From NCBI GenBank assembly GCA_041671565.1, contig JBAZBH010000002.1:32000-95999 (forward strand): a DNA stretch of 64,000 nucleotides, read 5' to 3'. Shown here in pieces: positions 1 to 8,707 of the stretch; position 1 is the first letter of the stretch, and each line of letters opens with the position of its first letter. The stretch comes from Patescibacteria group bacterium (lineage in GTDB: Bacteria > Patescibacteriota > Patescibacteriia > JACRDY01). The notes beneath the pieces were generated by a model that saw nothing but the letters and a program-made list of their open reading frames with translations, was not told the DNA's origin and made no database searches. Both the position numbers and the translations under genes were made by a program.

Positions 1-1
1 T

Positions 2-205
2 GTCGTGGTTTGGAAGTCGGAGTGGATCCTGCAGAACTTTGGCGGCAACGCTTGGGCGGAGCATTATTTGGGCAGTGACGGCGGCTCGCGGTTACTGTAT
101 AAACTGATTGGCCTGGGCGTGATTTTTATTTCTATTCTTTACATGACTTATCTGATTGACGGCATCTTGCTTGCTATTTTCAAAACGATTTTTGTGATAA
201 AATAA
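2..205 (+). CDS. 3' end of a membrane protein gene (5' end lies upstream of window)
   Basis: ORF track 5..205 with hydrophobic C-terminal tail (GLGVIFISILYMTYLIDGILLAIF); frame open to window edge. Confidence 0.3.
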   Translation, partial: VVVWKSEWILQNFGGNAWAEHYLGSDGGSRLLYKLIGLGVIFISILYMTYLIDGILLAIFKTIFVIK

Positions 206-211
206 TCGTAT

Positions 212-778
212 ATGGAAAACTCTAGCGGTGGCAATCAATTATTGGACCCGCAAGCGGTTTTGGCAGTTAGCGGGGTGAAGCTCGGCAGCCGCGTGGCTGA
301 CCTCGGTTGCGGCGCCGTCGGGCATTTTGTTTTCCCGGCGAGCCAGTTGGTCGGCAAAAGCGGCAAGGTCTATGCCGTGGATATTCGCGCTACGGTTTTG
401 GACGGGATTAAGCGGCGGGCGCATTTAGCCGGCCTGGAGAACATCCAAGTTTTGCGGGCTAACTTAGAAAACAACAAAGGCACGGGACTGCCGGATGGCA
501 GCGCTGATGTGGCGATGCTCATCAATGTTTTGTTTCAAAACGACAAACGCGAGGAAGTGTTGCGGGAAGCGCTTCGGGTGGTGAAACCCGGCGGGACGCT
601 TCTGGTGATTGATTGGCGGTCAGAGCCGTCCGTCATCGGGCCGGTCGCCGAGCGGCGGGTGCGGTCCGAGGGCGTGGCGCGTTTTTGCCAAGCCCAAGGC
701 GCCGAGCTGGTCAAGAGATTTGAGCCGAGCAAGTGGCACTTTGGCTTATTGTTTAAAAAAATAAATAAACCGCGTTAG
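212..778 (+). CDS. class I SAM-dependent methyltransferase
   Basis: Gly-rich SAM-binding motif VADLGCGAVGHF, then VYAVDI and an acidic loop; 188 aa. Confidence 0.7.
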   Translation: MENSSGGNQLLDPQAVLAVSGVKLGSRVADLGCGAVGHFVFPASQLVGKSGKVYAVDIRATVLDGIKRRAHLAGLENIQVLRANLENNKGTGLPDGSADVAMLINVLFQNDKREEVLREALRVVKPGGTLLVIDWRSEPSVIGPVAERRVRSEGVARFCQAQGAELVKRFEPSKWHFGLLFKKINKPR

Positions 779-895
779 TAGTTGTTTTATTCGTAGATTC
801 GCATGTAATTCGTAGCATTCGTATCGCTTCCAACCAGAGATGGGCTGATGCGACCATGTGGATTGTTAGTAAAAATTAACAAATAATTAATACAG

Positions 896-1324
896 TTGAT
901 AATCTATATGTTTGATTGGAGCAAATTATTGTCGTTAGGTTTTTGGTTCACGGTTCAGCCCGGTCCGTTCTTGGCCGCGGCCGCGCAGTTCCTCTTGGTG
1001 TTGTTTGGTTTGTGTCTCGTCGCGGCGGTGGTTTTCTTCTTAATCTCCCGCGCCAAAAAGCACGACCGAGTGATTTGGCGTCTATTCAAAAAACTGCAAA
1101 GCTACTTTACCACTTTAGGGCTCATCGGTTTTTTGATTTTGTTTTTCTTCTATCAGCAGATCCCGTATCTTTCCAGTCGGTTTTGGCTGATTGTTTGGCT
1201 CCTAATAGTTTTAGTCTGGGCCGGGTTTATCGGTAAGTTTGGTTTTATCGAAGTGCCGCGGTTGCGCGTTGAGCGGGCGGAGAAGGAGAAGATCGAGAAG
1301 TATTTGCCGAAAAAGAAAAAATAA
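896..1324 (+). CDS. hypothetical integral membrane protein
   Basis: multiple hydrophobic helices; high-GC coding; followed by an intrinsic terminator. Confidence 0.45.
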   Translation: MIIYMFDWSKLLSLGFWFTVQPGPFLAAAAQFLLVLFGLCLVAAVVFFLISRAKKHDRVIWRLFKKLQSYFTTLGLIGFLILFFFYQQIPYLSSRFWLIVWLLIVLVWAGFIGKFGFIEVPRLRVERAEKEKIEKYLPKKKK

Positions 1325-1358
1325 TTACAAATTACAAATTACGAATTACGAATTGAAA

Positions 1359-1384
1359 GACACGGTTTTGAGCCGTGTTTTTTC
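1359..1384 (+). terminator. rho-independent terminator
   Basis: cacgg-ttttgag-ccgtg hairpin followed by tttttt. Confidence 0.6.
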
Positions 1385-1387
1385 TGT

Positions 1388-1475
1388 GCAGGATTTAGGA
1401 GTTAGAATTTAGAATTTAGGAAAAGTAGCCCCCCCCTAAATTCTAAATTCTAACTCCTAAATTCTAATTTTTAGC
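1388..1475. repeat. AT-rich perfect palindrome of tandem 'ttagaatttag' units
   Basis: ggatttaggagttagaatttagaatttagg ... cctaaattctaaattctaactcctaaattc around a C8 centre. Confidence 0.8.
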
Positions 1476-1578
1476 TAAAACTAGATAAATTGATCTAATC
1501 GAGTTTAACTAGATTTAATGTTTATTTTAGATTTAGTTAATCTCCCCTTCGGTATAATCTAGTTGAATAGTTAAAACT

Positions 1579-1932
1579 ATGCCTAGCCGCCGCCAGCAAT
1601 TTGGCCAGTGGGGAGAAGGGGTCGCCTGCCAGTTTCTGGGTCGGCGCGGTTTTAAAATTGTTGAAAAGAATTATCATTGCCGCGAAGGCGAGGTGGATAT
1701 TGTCGCCAAGCAGGGCGAAGCCTGGTGGTTTATCGAGGTCAAGACGCGACGGTCAGCGGCGTCCGGCGAGCCGGAGGAAATGATGGACGAGGCGAAACTC
1801 GAGAAAACCGAAGCCGCGGCGTTTGATTATCTGAGTAAAAAAGAAATCGAAACCGACAACTGGCAGATCGGCTTTATCGCCATTAAGGTGCTGGGTCCGA
1901 GGCGGGTGAGGGTGAGGTTTATGACGGTGTAG
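1579..1932 (+). CDS. yraN: YraN-family (UPF0102) predicted endonuclease
   Basis: GEVDIVAK...WFIEVKTRR core typical of UPF0102; ~117 aa. Confidence 0.7.
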   Translation: MPSRRQQFGQWGEGVACQFLGRRGFKIVEKNYHCREGEVDIVAKQGEAWWFIEVKTRRSAASGEPEEMMDEAKLEKTEAAAFDYLSKKEIETDNWQIGFIAIKVLGPRRVRVRFMTV

Positions 1933-2100
1933 GGAAAAATTATGAATTACTATGCTTCTTGAGATAGGGTTATATTAAAAGGCTATATCCCATGCTTTTT
2001 TAGGTGTTGACCTGTTGATAAATTGTATGATAAAGTTAATAATTCCCTGTTAATAAATTTTCTGCTATAATTTAAATAGCTTAAAAGTCTTAGTAAAAAT

Positions 2101-2604
2101 ATGAAGGATACTATTATGCAAGCTGCCCTAGCAATTGGTATCGCTACCATTATTGGTGGTCTTGTTTACATTGGTCGAAAGTTACAAATTCTAGATGATT
2201 TAAAGGAAACAATGGAAAAGGTCAAGCACAATGTTAAAGTTATTTGTGATACTCTTTCTAAGCCGAAAATTGATTTTAACCCACAAGATATTCAGTCTTA
2301 TAGTCCATTAAAGCTTACTACGGTTGGTGAAAAGAAAATTATTGATATTGGTTTCGCGGATATTTTTAGAAATAACAGCTCTGATTTTTTGGGTTTTATT
2401 AAATCAGAGAGTGCCGGGACTAAATATGATGTTGAAATTGCTGCGATTAAATCAGTTAAAGTTCTATTTGATAAAGAATACTTCAATCCGATTAAAAGTT
2501 ATCTCTACAATAATCCGAGTGAAAATGTTGATACCTTGTTTACTACTTTAGGTGTTTATGTTAGAGATAATTATTTAGAACAGTATCCCGAAATAACGGA
2601 ATAA
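2101..2604 (+). CDS. hypothetical protein with N-terminal TM anchor, in an AT-rich patch
   Basis: 167-aa ORF, clearly lower GC than flanks; TTGACC / TATGAT-like promoter upstream (~2007-2035). Confidence 0.4.
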   Translation: MKDTIMQAALAIGIATIIGGLVYIGRKLQILDDLKETMEKVKHNVKVICDTLSKPKIDFNPQDIQSYSPLKLTTVGEKKIIDIGFADIFRNNSSDFLGFIKSESAGTKYDVEIAAIKSVKVLFDKEYFNPIKSYLYNNPSENVDTLFTTLGVYVRDNYLEQYPEITE

Positions 2605-2619
2605 TTTTTAAAGATATTC

Positions 2620-2793
2620 ATGAATAATTTCAAAGAATCATTATTAGTGGTAGTATATTTTTTAATCTTTTTACTGCCGGGGTTTATTATTATGATTTTT
2701 GTTCATACGATCCCGAGTGCCATTACGGCGACTATGATAATTTATAGTGGAATTTGTTTTTATTTTGGCTGGTATTCGGGAAAAAATTATTAG
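2620..2793 (+). CDS. small hydrophobic protein (57 aa), two predicted TM helices
   Basis: ATG 2620, stop TAG 2791; below ORF-track size cut-off; same AT-rich patch. Confidence 0.3.
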   Translation: MNNFKESLLVVVYFLIFLLPGFIIMIFVHTIPSAITATMIIYSGICFYFGWYSGKNY

Positions 2794-2817
2794 ATTAATT
2801 ATTATTTTCACCGCATC

Positions 2818-2846
2818 TTGACAAAAATTGCCCCTTACCCTATAAT
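2818..2846 (+). promoter_or_regulatory. consensus sigma70-type promoter (TTGACA-17-TATAAT)
   Basis: ttgaca 2818-2823, 17-nt spacer, tataat 2841-2846; lies ~160 nt upstream of nusA with a small hairpin+T-run (tcact..agtga ttttttt, ~2863-2890) in the leader. Confidence 0.6.
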
Positions 2847-3003
2847 GCTTCTAGAAAGTCACTATCTGATAAAGAGAGTGATTTTTTTGTTGCCAGGCTC
2901 GGATTCAATTTCGCGCTGATTTGCTGATTATTCGCTTAAATTTGCGTTTATTGTTTAATTACCCAATTTGCTTTATAATTAACTTATTATTAGATAAAAA
3001 TTT

Positions 3004-4380
3004 ATGTCACAATCACCAATCATGGCGGCCATTCAGCAGATTTGCCAAGAAAAGAATATTTCGGTGGAGGCGGTTATTGAAACCATCGAGGCGGCGCTCT
3101 CGGCCGCTTACCGCAAGGATTTTGGCCAGAAGAACCAAAACATCAAAGTTATTTACGACGCGGAAACCGGCGGTTCGCGGGTTTTTGATGTCAAAATTGT
3201 CGTTGAGGATGAATTGAAGGCGAAAGCCGAGGCTGAGGCCGAAGAGCGGCGGCTGGCGATTGAACGGGGCGAAGAACTGCCGGTTCATGAAGAAGTCGAG
3301 CTCGCTGAAGGCGAAGAAGCGGAACTCCGTTATAATCCCAAACTGCATATCTCTCTGACCGACGCCAAAGAGATCAAAGACGACGCGGTGGTTGGCGAGG
3401 AGATCCGGGTGGAGTTGTCGGTGCCGGCGGCTTACGGCCGGATGGCGGCCCAGACTGCCAAGCAGGTAATTATTCAGAGACTCCGTGAAGCTGAACGGTC
3501 AACAATTTTTGAAGAATATAAAGATAAAGAAGGCACCGTTCTCGCCGGCACGGTCCAACGCCGCGAAGGTCCTAATGTGTTGATTGACCTTGCTCGCGCG
3601 ACCGGCATTTTGCGGCCCGAGGAACAAATTGAGCGCGAGCGGTATAACACCGGCGAACGGCTGAAAGTTTTTGTCATGTCGGTGGCGCTGGGCAGTAAAG
3701 GGCCGGAAATTAACCTTTCCCGCAAAAGCCCGGAGATTGTCCGCGAGCTTTTTGCCATGGAAATCCCGGAAATTGCCAACCGCACGATTGAAATTAAAGG
3801 CATCGCCCGCGAGGCCGGTTCCCGCAGCAAAGTAGCGGTGCACAGCGATGACAGCAATATCGACCCGATCGGCTCGTGCGTCGGCCAGCGCGGTTCGCGC
3901 GTCCAGACGATTATTGCCGAGCTGGGCGGCGAGAAAATTGATATTATTGAATGGTCCGAAGACCTGAAAGAATTTATTACCCATGCCATGTTGCCCGCCA
4001 AGATTTTGGGAGTGGAAATTGCCGAGTCCAAAACTGAAGCCACCGTGAGCGTGGCGACTGACCAGTTGTCGCTTGCCATCGGCCGGAGCGGCCAAAATGT
4101 GCGCCTAGCTTCGCGCCTGAGCGGTTGCCGGATTAATATCGTGGAAGTGAAGGGTGATGAAAAACGGGTGATTAGCGCCGAAGAAATCGAGCAAGGCTTG
4201 ATTGACGCCGCTAAACTCGCCTCGGCCGGCGCGGCGGAAAAGGTTGCCGTGGCCGAACCAGAATCAATCTCAGCAGTTGAAACTGAAGTTAAAGTTGAAG
4301 AGGTTAAGCCGGAAGAAGCGGCTGAACCCAAAGCGGAAAAGAAACCGGCCAAAAAGAAAAGAGTTGCCAAGGCTATTTAA
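3004..4380 (+). CDS. nusA: transcription termination/antitermination factor NusA
   Basis: N-terminal NusA domain, S1 domain, two KH motifs (IGxxGxxV: CVGQRGSRVQ, IGRSGQNVRL), acidic/Lys-rich C-tail. Confidence 0.9.
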   Translation: MSQSPIMAAIQQICQEKNISVEAVIETIEAALSAAYRKDFGQKNQNIKVIYDAETGGSRVFDVKIVVEDELKAKAEAEAEERRLAIERGEELPVHEEVELAEGEEAELRYNPKLHISLTDAKEIKDDAVVGEEIRVELSVPAAYGRMAAQTAKQVIIQRLREAERSTIFEEYKDKEGTVLAGTVQRREGPNVLIDLARATGILRPEEQIERERYNTGERLKVFVMSVALGSKGPEINLSRKSPEIVRELFAMEIPEIANRTIEIKGIAREAGSRSKVAVHSDDSNIDPIGSCVGQRGSRVQTIIAELGGEKIDIIEWSEDLKEFITHAMLPAKILGVEIAESKTEATVSVATDQLSLAIGRSGQNVRLASRLSGCRINIVEVKGDEKRVISAEEIEQGLIDAAKLASAGAAEKVAVAEPESISAVETEVKVEEVKPEEAAEPKAEKKPAKKKRVAKAI

Positions 4381-4512
4381 ATAAGTATTCAGGGAGCAGT
4401 ATTCAAGCATTAGTATTCAGGGAACAGTATTCAGTATTCAGGGAACTATATTCACGAACGGTGAATACGGACCCCCTGAATACTGAATACCGATCCCTGA
4501 ATACTTACTATA
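4381..4512. repeat. palindromic intergenic element, 'gtattcaggg' family
   Basis: tandem gtattcaggg(a)ac units mirrored by ccctgaatac units around ttcacgaacggtgaa; second copy at 8565-8700. Confidence 0.8.
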
Positions 4513-4513
4513 T

Positions 4514-5290
4514 ATGATTCAAATTTATAACCTAGTTCTATACCAACCGCTGTTTAATCTTTTGGTTTGGCTTTATAACACCATTCCGGGGCATGATTTC
4601 GGCTTGGCGGTGATTGCCTTGACGGTGATCATCAAGCTGGTTTTATATCCTTTTTCTCTGCAATCCATTCGGGCGCAGAAAGCGATGCAGCAGTTACAGC
4701 CAAAGTTGGAAGAGTTGAAGAAAAAATATAAAGACAATAAAGAAAAGCTGTCGGTGGAGATGATGAATCTTTATCGGGCGGAAAAAGTCAATCCGCTGTC
4801 ATCTTGCTTGCCGGTGTTGATCCAATTGCCGTTTCTCATTGCGGTTTACCAAGTGTTTCGCCGCGGATTGTCTAACGGCAGTTTTGAAATACTTTACCCG
4901 TTTGTCGCTAATCCCGGCACGATTAACGCTTCATTCCTTGGTTTAGTTGATTTAAGTAAGCCGCAGGTTGTCCTCGCGGTGCTCGCCGGCGCGGCGCAAT
5001 TTTGGCAAGCGAAGATGCTGCAAGTTAAACCGCCACCCCAGGGCAAAAACGGCCAGCCGATTGCCGGCGCCAAAGACGAGAACATGATGGCGATCATGAA
5101 TAAGCAAATGCTTTACATGATGCCACTGATGACCGTGTTTATTGGTTTCAGTTTGCCGGGCGGCCTAACCTTGTATTGGTTGGTCACTACGGTGCTGACG
5201 GTGTTTATGCAATTATTTCTCTTTCGCAAAAAGACGGGTAAGCCGACCGGCGGGGCGCCGACGGTGATTGAAGGAGAGATAATTAAATAG
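4514..5290 (+). CDS. yidC: membrane protein insertase YidC/Oxa1 (short form)
   Basis: FGLAVIALTVIIKLVLYPFS...KKKYKDNKEKL...MNLYRAEKVNPLSSCLP conserved YidC core; 5 TM. Confidence 0.85.
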   Translation: MIQIYNLVLYQPLFNLLVWLYNTIPGHDFGLAVIALTVIIKLVLYPFSLQSIRAQKAMQQLQPKLEELKKKYKDNKEKLSVEMMNLYRAEKVNPLSSCLPVLIQLPFLIAVYQVFRRGLSNGSFEILYPFVANPGTINASFLGLVDLSKPQVVLAVLAGAAQFWQAKMLQVKPPPQGKNGQPIAGAKDENMMAIMNKQMLYMMPLMTVFIGFSLPGGLTLYWLVTTVLTVFMQLFLFRKKTGKPTGGAPTVIEGEIIK

Positions 5291-5372
5291 TCCAGAGTCC
5301 GAAGTCCAGAGTGAGTTTTGAGCTGATTAGCTTTGAGCTTTCTCGGGACTTTGGACTCGGGACTCGGGACTT
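5291..5372. repeat. palindromic intergenic element, 'agtccagag' family
   Basis: tccagagtccgaagtccagagtga ... ctcgggactttggactcgggactcgggac; related copies at 17815-17850, 42660-42720, 43182-43230. Confidence 0.7.
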
Positions 5373-5377
5373 ATTTT

Positions 5378-5704
5378 ATGTTGATTCATGGTAAAAAACT
5401 TATTGGTTTGCCGGTTTATACCCAAGGCGGCCAGCATCTGGGCCATGTTGTTGATTTAGAAATTGATATTGATTCGCAAAGTATTGTTAACTATCAAGTG
5501 GGCAACTTTAATCCTATAAAAAATCTTTGGGGCGACAAGTTATTGGTTAATCGCCAGCAGGTGGTCAGCATCAGCGCCGAACGGCTGGTAGTGGAAGATA
5601 ATGTTAAAGAAGCGGCGGCCGCTATTTCTCTCAACGCTAAAGCCGAGGCGCCGGCCAGCGAAGCCATGGCCACTTCAACTCTTAACGCTGTCGAAAAAAA
5701 TTAA
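5378..5704 (+). CDS. PRC-barrel-like small protein
   Basis: GKKLIGLPVYTQGGQHLGHVVDLEIDIDSQSIVNY resembles PRC-barrel (RimM-C/YlmC-like); track ORF start 5333 lies inside the repeat, ATG 5378 preferred. Confidence 0.4.
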   Translation: MLIHGKKLIGLPVYTQGGQHLGHVVDLEIDIDSQSIVNYQVGNFNPIKNLWGDKLLVNRQQVVSISAERLVVEDNVKEAAAAISLNAKAEAPASEAMATSTLNAVEKN

Positions 5705-5734
5705 AATTTACCGCCGCGAAGAGAAGAAAAAAAT

Positions 5735-6142
5735 ATGAGTAAAGTATATATTTTTGGCCCAATCAATTTGTTCGGCGAGGATTATTTACCGGTATATAAA
5801 CATTTAAGAAGTTTGTGTCAAAAGTATTTTGATGAAGTTATTTGTACTTATCCTGATTTTTGGGATTCAAAAGAAAGTCCGCAAGATTTCTACGATCGAA
5901 CCTATAAGACAATTACAAAATGTGATTTATTTATAGGCGAGCTAAGTTCACCATCAATAGGAGTCGGGATGGAATTTCAAATGGCGCAAGAACATAATAT
6001 TCCTTGCATAATTTTATGTAAAAAAGGTGTTAAGCCGTCTATTATGGCTTTTGGCATACCGTGCGCCAAGCAGGTTATTTATTATGAAACATTGGATGAT
6101 TTATCAAAGCAGATAGAAGCGGCCGTGCAAGAGTTTAAGTAG
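5735..6142 (+). CDS. nucleoside 2-deoxyribosyltransferase-like (SLOG-fold) small protein
   Basis: CDLFIGELSSPSIGVGMEFQMAQEHNIPCIIL matches the Rossmann-like NDT motif (G-x-G-x-E-x-G-x-A); markedly AT-rich gene. Confidence 0.45.
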   Translation: MSKVYIFGPINLFGEDYLPVYKHLRSLCQKYFDEVICTYPDFWDSKESPQDFYDRTYKTITKCDLFIGELSSPSIGVGMEFQMAQEHNIPCIILCKKGVKPSIMAFGIPCAKQVIYYETLDDLSKQIEAAVQEFK

Positions 6143-6166
6143 TTGTTTAGAAAAGAAATATAAAAC

Positions 6167-7105
6167 ATGGCCGAGACTAATTTAAAATCAGCCATTTTGA
6201 AGACTTTAGTTTTTTTTGATATTTTTGAATTTCCGTTGACGCCGTTGGAAATCAAGCGGTATCTGTATGGCTCGGCCGACGGTAATTTAGAAACTATCGA
6301 GGCGGCGCTAGCGGAATTAACCCAGGTGAAAACTCACCAGGGTTTTTATTTTTTGGCTAGTGCTTCAGCTGAAATAGTCGCGCGGCGGCAAGAGCGGTAT
6401 TTGGCGGCCGAGAAAAAATACAGAAAAGTGAAGCGAATCGGCCATTTTTTGGCATTATTGCCCTTTGTCCGGCTGATAGCGGTTTGCAATAGTCTTGCTT
6501 ACAGCAACGCGCGGCCGGAGAGCGATATTGATTTGTTTGTTGTCAGCGCGCGCGGTAAAGTTTGGACCACTCGGTTTGTTTGTCTGCTGTTTCTGAAAAT
6601 TTTTGGTTTGCGGCCGACGGACAAAACGCGGCAGGATAAATTTTGTTTAAGTTTTTTCGTGGATGAGAGTCATCTGGATTTGTCGGATATCGCTCTGGCG
6701 CGGAATGATATTTACTTTTATTATTGGCTGGCGCAACTTTATCCGGTTTATGATGCTGGCGGGGTTTACGGGCGCCTGTGGCAGGCGAATGGTTGGTTAA
6801 AAGATTATTTGCCACTAGCGACGCCGATCGAGCCACACCCGCGGCGGCTGATAGAGCTGGGCGCGGCGGGTAGAATGATCAAAAAAACCAAAGAAGCCGG
6901 TTGGAATTTTGCTTGGTGCGAAGAACTGCTGAGAAAGTTTCAGTTGCGCCACCTGCCGGCGGTACTGAAAGAAAAACTAAAAAATAAAGATGTCGGCGCG
7001 GTAATCGGCGAGGGCGTGGTTAAACTGATTGCCAATGACCGGAGGGAGGGGTATCGGAATGAGTGGGTGATGAAGGTGAATAGATTGTTAGGGGAAGGAA
7101 AATAA
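6167..7105 (+). CDS. Pol-beta-superfamily nucleotidyltransferase-fold protein, function unknown
   Basis: NSLAYSNARPESDIDLFVV (hG[GS]-x9-13-DhD-like) plus downstream acidic FFVDES; 312 aa. Confidence 0.4.
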   Translation: MAETNLKSAILKTLVFFDIFEFPLTPLEIKRYLYGSADGNLETIEAALAELTQVKTHQGFYFLASASAEIVARRQERYLAAEKKYRKVKRIGHFLALLPFVRLIAVCNSLAYSNARPESDIDLFVVSARGKVWTTRFVCLLFLKIFGLRPTDKTRQDKFCLSFFVDESHLDLSDIALARNDIYFYYWLAQLYPVYDAGGVYGRLWQANGWLKDYLPLATPIEPHPRRLIELGAAGRMIKKTKEAGWNFAWCEELLRKFQLRHLPAVLKEKLKNKDVGAVIGEGVVKLIANDRREGYRNEWVMKVNRLLGEGK

Positions 7106-7253
7106 TTTTTAATTTAAAATTCTTAATTTTTAATGAATTTCTAATGTTTAATTTATAATTTTTAAACCTAAAGCCAAGTTCGCGGCAATTAAAAATTAAG
7201 AATTATAAATTGATTAGAAATTTTAAATTAAAAATTAAAAATTATTTTAAGTT
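7106..7253. repeat. AT-rich palindromic intergenic element ('aattcttaatttttaatg ... ccaagttcgcgg' family)
   Basis: mirror arms around aaagccaagttcgcggcaatt; homologous copy at 45150-45300 with core ccaaccaagttcgtggttatt. Confidence 0.8.
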
Positions 7254-8537
7254 ATGCTTTGGCTGAAAAAAATAACTCTAACCAATGTCCTTGAGTGGGG
7301 CACTTACCTCCTCGTCTTCCTCTTGCCGATGCAAACGCGCTGGATTTACTTGGCCGCGCGATTGAACGGCGGAGATTGGGAGTACGGCTCAAATTCGCTC
7401 TACGGCACAGAAATACTCTTAGCAGTTTTGGTGGCGCTATTTTTGGTTTGGCGCCGGAAAAATAATATAAAATTTGCCGAGAGAAATTTGGTTTTACTGA
7501 TTGGCGTTTTTGTTTTTTGGAGTTTGGCGACCGCCCTATGGGCCGTGGACTACAATCTGGCGCTTTACCGCTGGTGGCTCCTCGTCGGCGGGATAATGTT
7601 TTATTTTCTGGTCGCTTATGGTCCGGCAGTTAAAGCGAAAATCATGGCTAGCCTGATTGCTGCGGCGGCCCTGCAAAGCGTTTTAGCTTTAATTCAATTT
7701 TTCAGTCAAACAGTTTTTGGCAATAAATGGCTGGGCCTAGCGCCGCATTGGCCGGCTGATCTCGGCGCTTTAGTCATCGCGGTGGGGGATGAGCGGTGGC
7801 TGCGCGCTTACGGCAGTTTGCCGCATCCGAATATCTTGGCGGCGTTTTTACTGGTGGGGCTGGTTTTCCTCGCCGGTTTAAGTTTGACGGCCAGAAGTTC
7901 AAAAATTAAATGGTCAATGGCGGGCGCTTGGCTGTTGATTCTGACAGGTTTATTTTTTACTTTTTCAAGGGCGGCGGCGATTGTTGTGATTATTTGTTAT
8001 TTGATATTTGTTATTTGGTTGGCGAAAGAATGGGTCGGTTATAAAAGGCAGTATGTTTTTACCGCGCAATTGCTAGCCGGCGGCGCGCTAGTTCTAATTA
8101 TTTTGGCGGCGAGTTTTTGGCCGCTTCTGGCCACGCGCGCGACTGGTGACGGCCGGCTGGAAGTTAAATCCAATCAGGAACGACTAGCTTCGTATAGTGA
8201 AAGTTGGCAGCTAATAAAAATTCATCCCATCGTGGGATCGGGCTTGGGAAATTATACCGCGGCAGTGTATAATAGACTTGATAACCGTTTGCCGGCTTGG
8301 GCGTATCAGCCGACGCACAATCTTTACTTGTTAGTTCTGGCGGAGACGGGGGCGGTGGGGTTGATGATGTTATTTGTTATTTGTTATTTGTTATTTGCCA
8401 CTAAAGGCACTTGGACAATAAAGGCGGCGCTTGCTTCATTATTGTTTCTGGGGTTATTTGACCATTGGCTGTGGAGTTTGTATTTTGGCGGGATGTTGTG
8501 GTGGCTGGTGGCCGGTTTGACTATAAAAAAAGATTGA
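7254..8537 (+). CDS. O-antigen ligase/polymerase-family membrane protein (Wzy_C)
   Basis: ~11 TM; FTFSRAAAI and HNLYLLVLAETGAVGL motifs typical of Wzy_C/WaaL family. Confidence 0.65.
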   Translation: MLWLKKITLTNVLEWGTYLLVFLLPMQTRWIYLAARLNGGDWEYGSNSLYGTEILLAVLVALFLVWRRKNNIKFAERNLVLLIGVFVFWSLATALWAVDYNLALYRWWLLVGGIMFYFLVAYGPAVKAKIMASLIAAAALQSVLALIQFFSQTVFGNKWLGLAPHWPADLGALVIAVGDERWLRAYGSLPHPNILAAFLLVGLVFLAGLSLTARSSKIKWSMAGAWLLILTGLFFTFSRAAAIVVIICYLIFVIWLAKEWVGYKRQYVFTAQLLAGGALVLIILAASFWPLLATRATGDGRLEVKSNQERLASYSESWQLIKIHPIVGSGLGNYTAAVYNRLDNRLPAWAYQPTHNLYLLVLAETGAVGLMMLFVICYLLFATKGTWTIKAALASLLFLGLFDHWLWSLYFGGMLWWLVAGLTIKKD

Positions 8538-8564
8538 TTATTTAATTCACTTATTTAATTCACT

Positions 8565-8700
8565 TTGTTGTAATCGGTAGCAAGAGTATTCAGGGAACAG
8601 TATGCAGCCTGCCTGCGCAGGCAGGTATTCAGGGAACTATATCCACGAACGGTGAATTTGAATCCCTCCCTGATCCCCGAATACTGACCCCTGAATACTT
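8565..8700. repeat. palindromic intergenic element, 'gtattcaggg' family (copy 2)
   Basis: gtattcagggaac ... ccctgaatac arms; inner hairpin gcagcctgcctgcgcaggcaggt. Confidence 0.8.
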
Positions 8701-8707
8701 ATAAATT

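Noticed and set aside
2921-3217. 98-aa ORF overlapping the nusA start
   Set aside because: It is basic and low-complexity and overlaps the nusA leader and CDS in another frame. It is not supported.
3474-4370. 298-aa and 198-aa minus-strand ORFs
   Set aside because: They are antisense to nusA, and the plus-strand NusA call is unambiguous.
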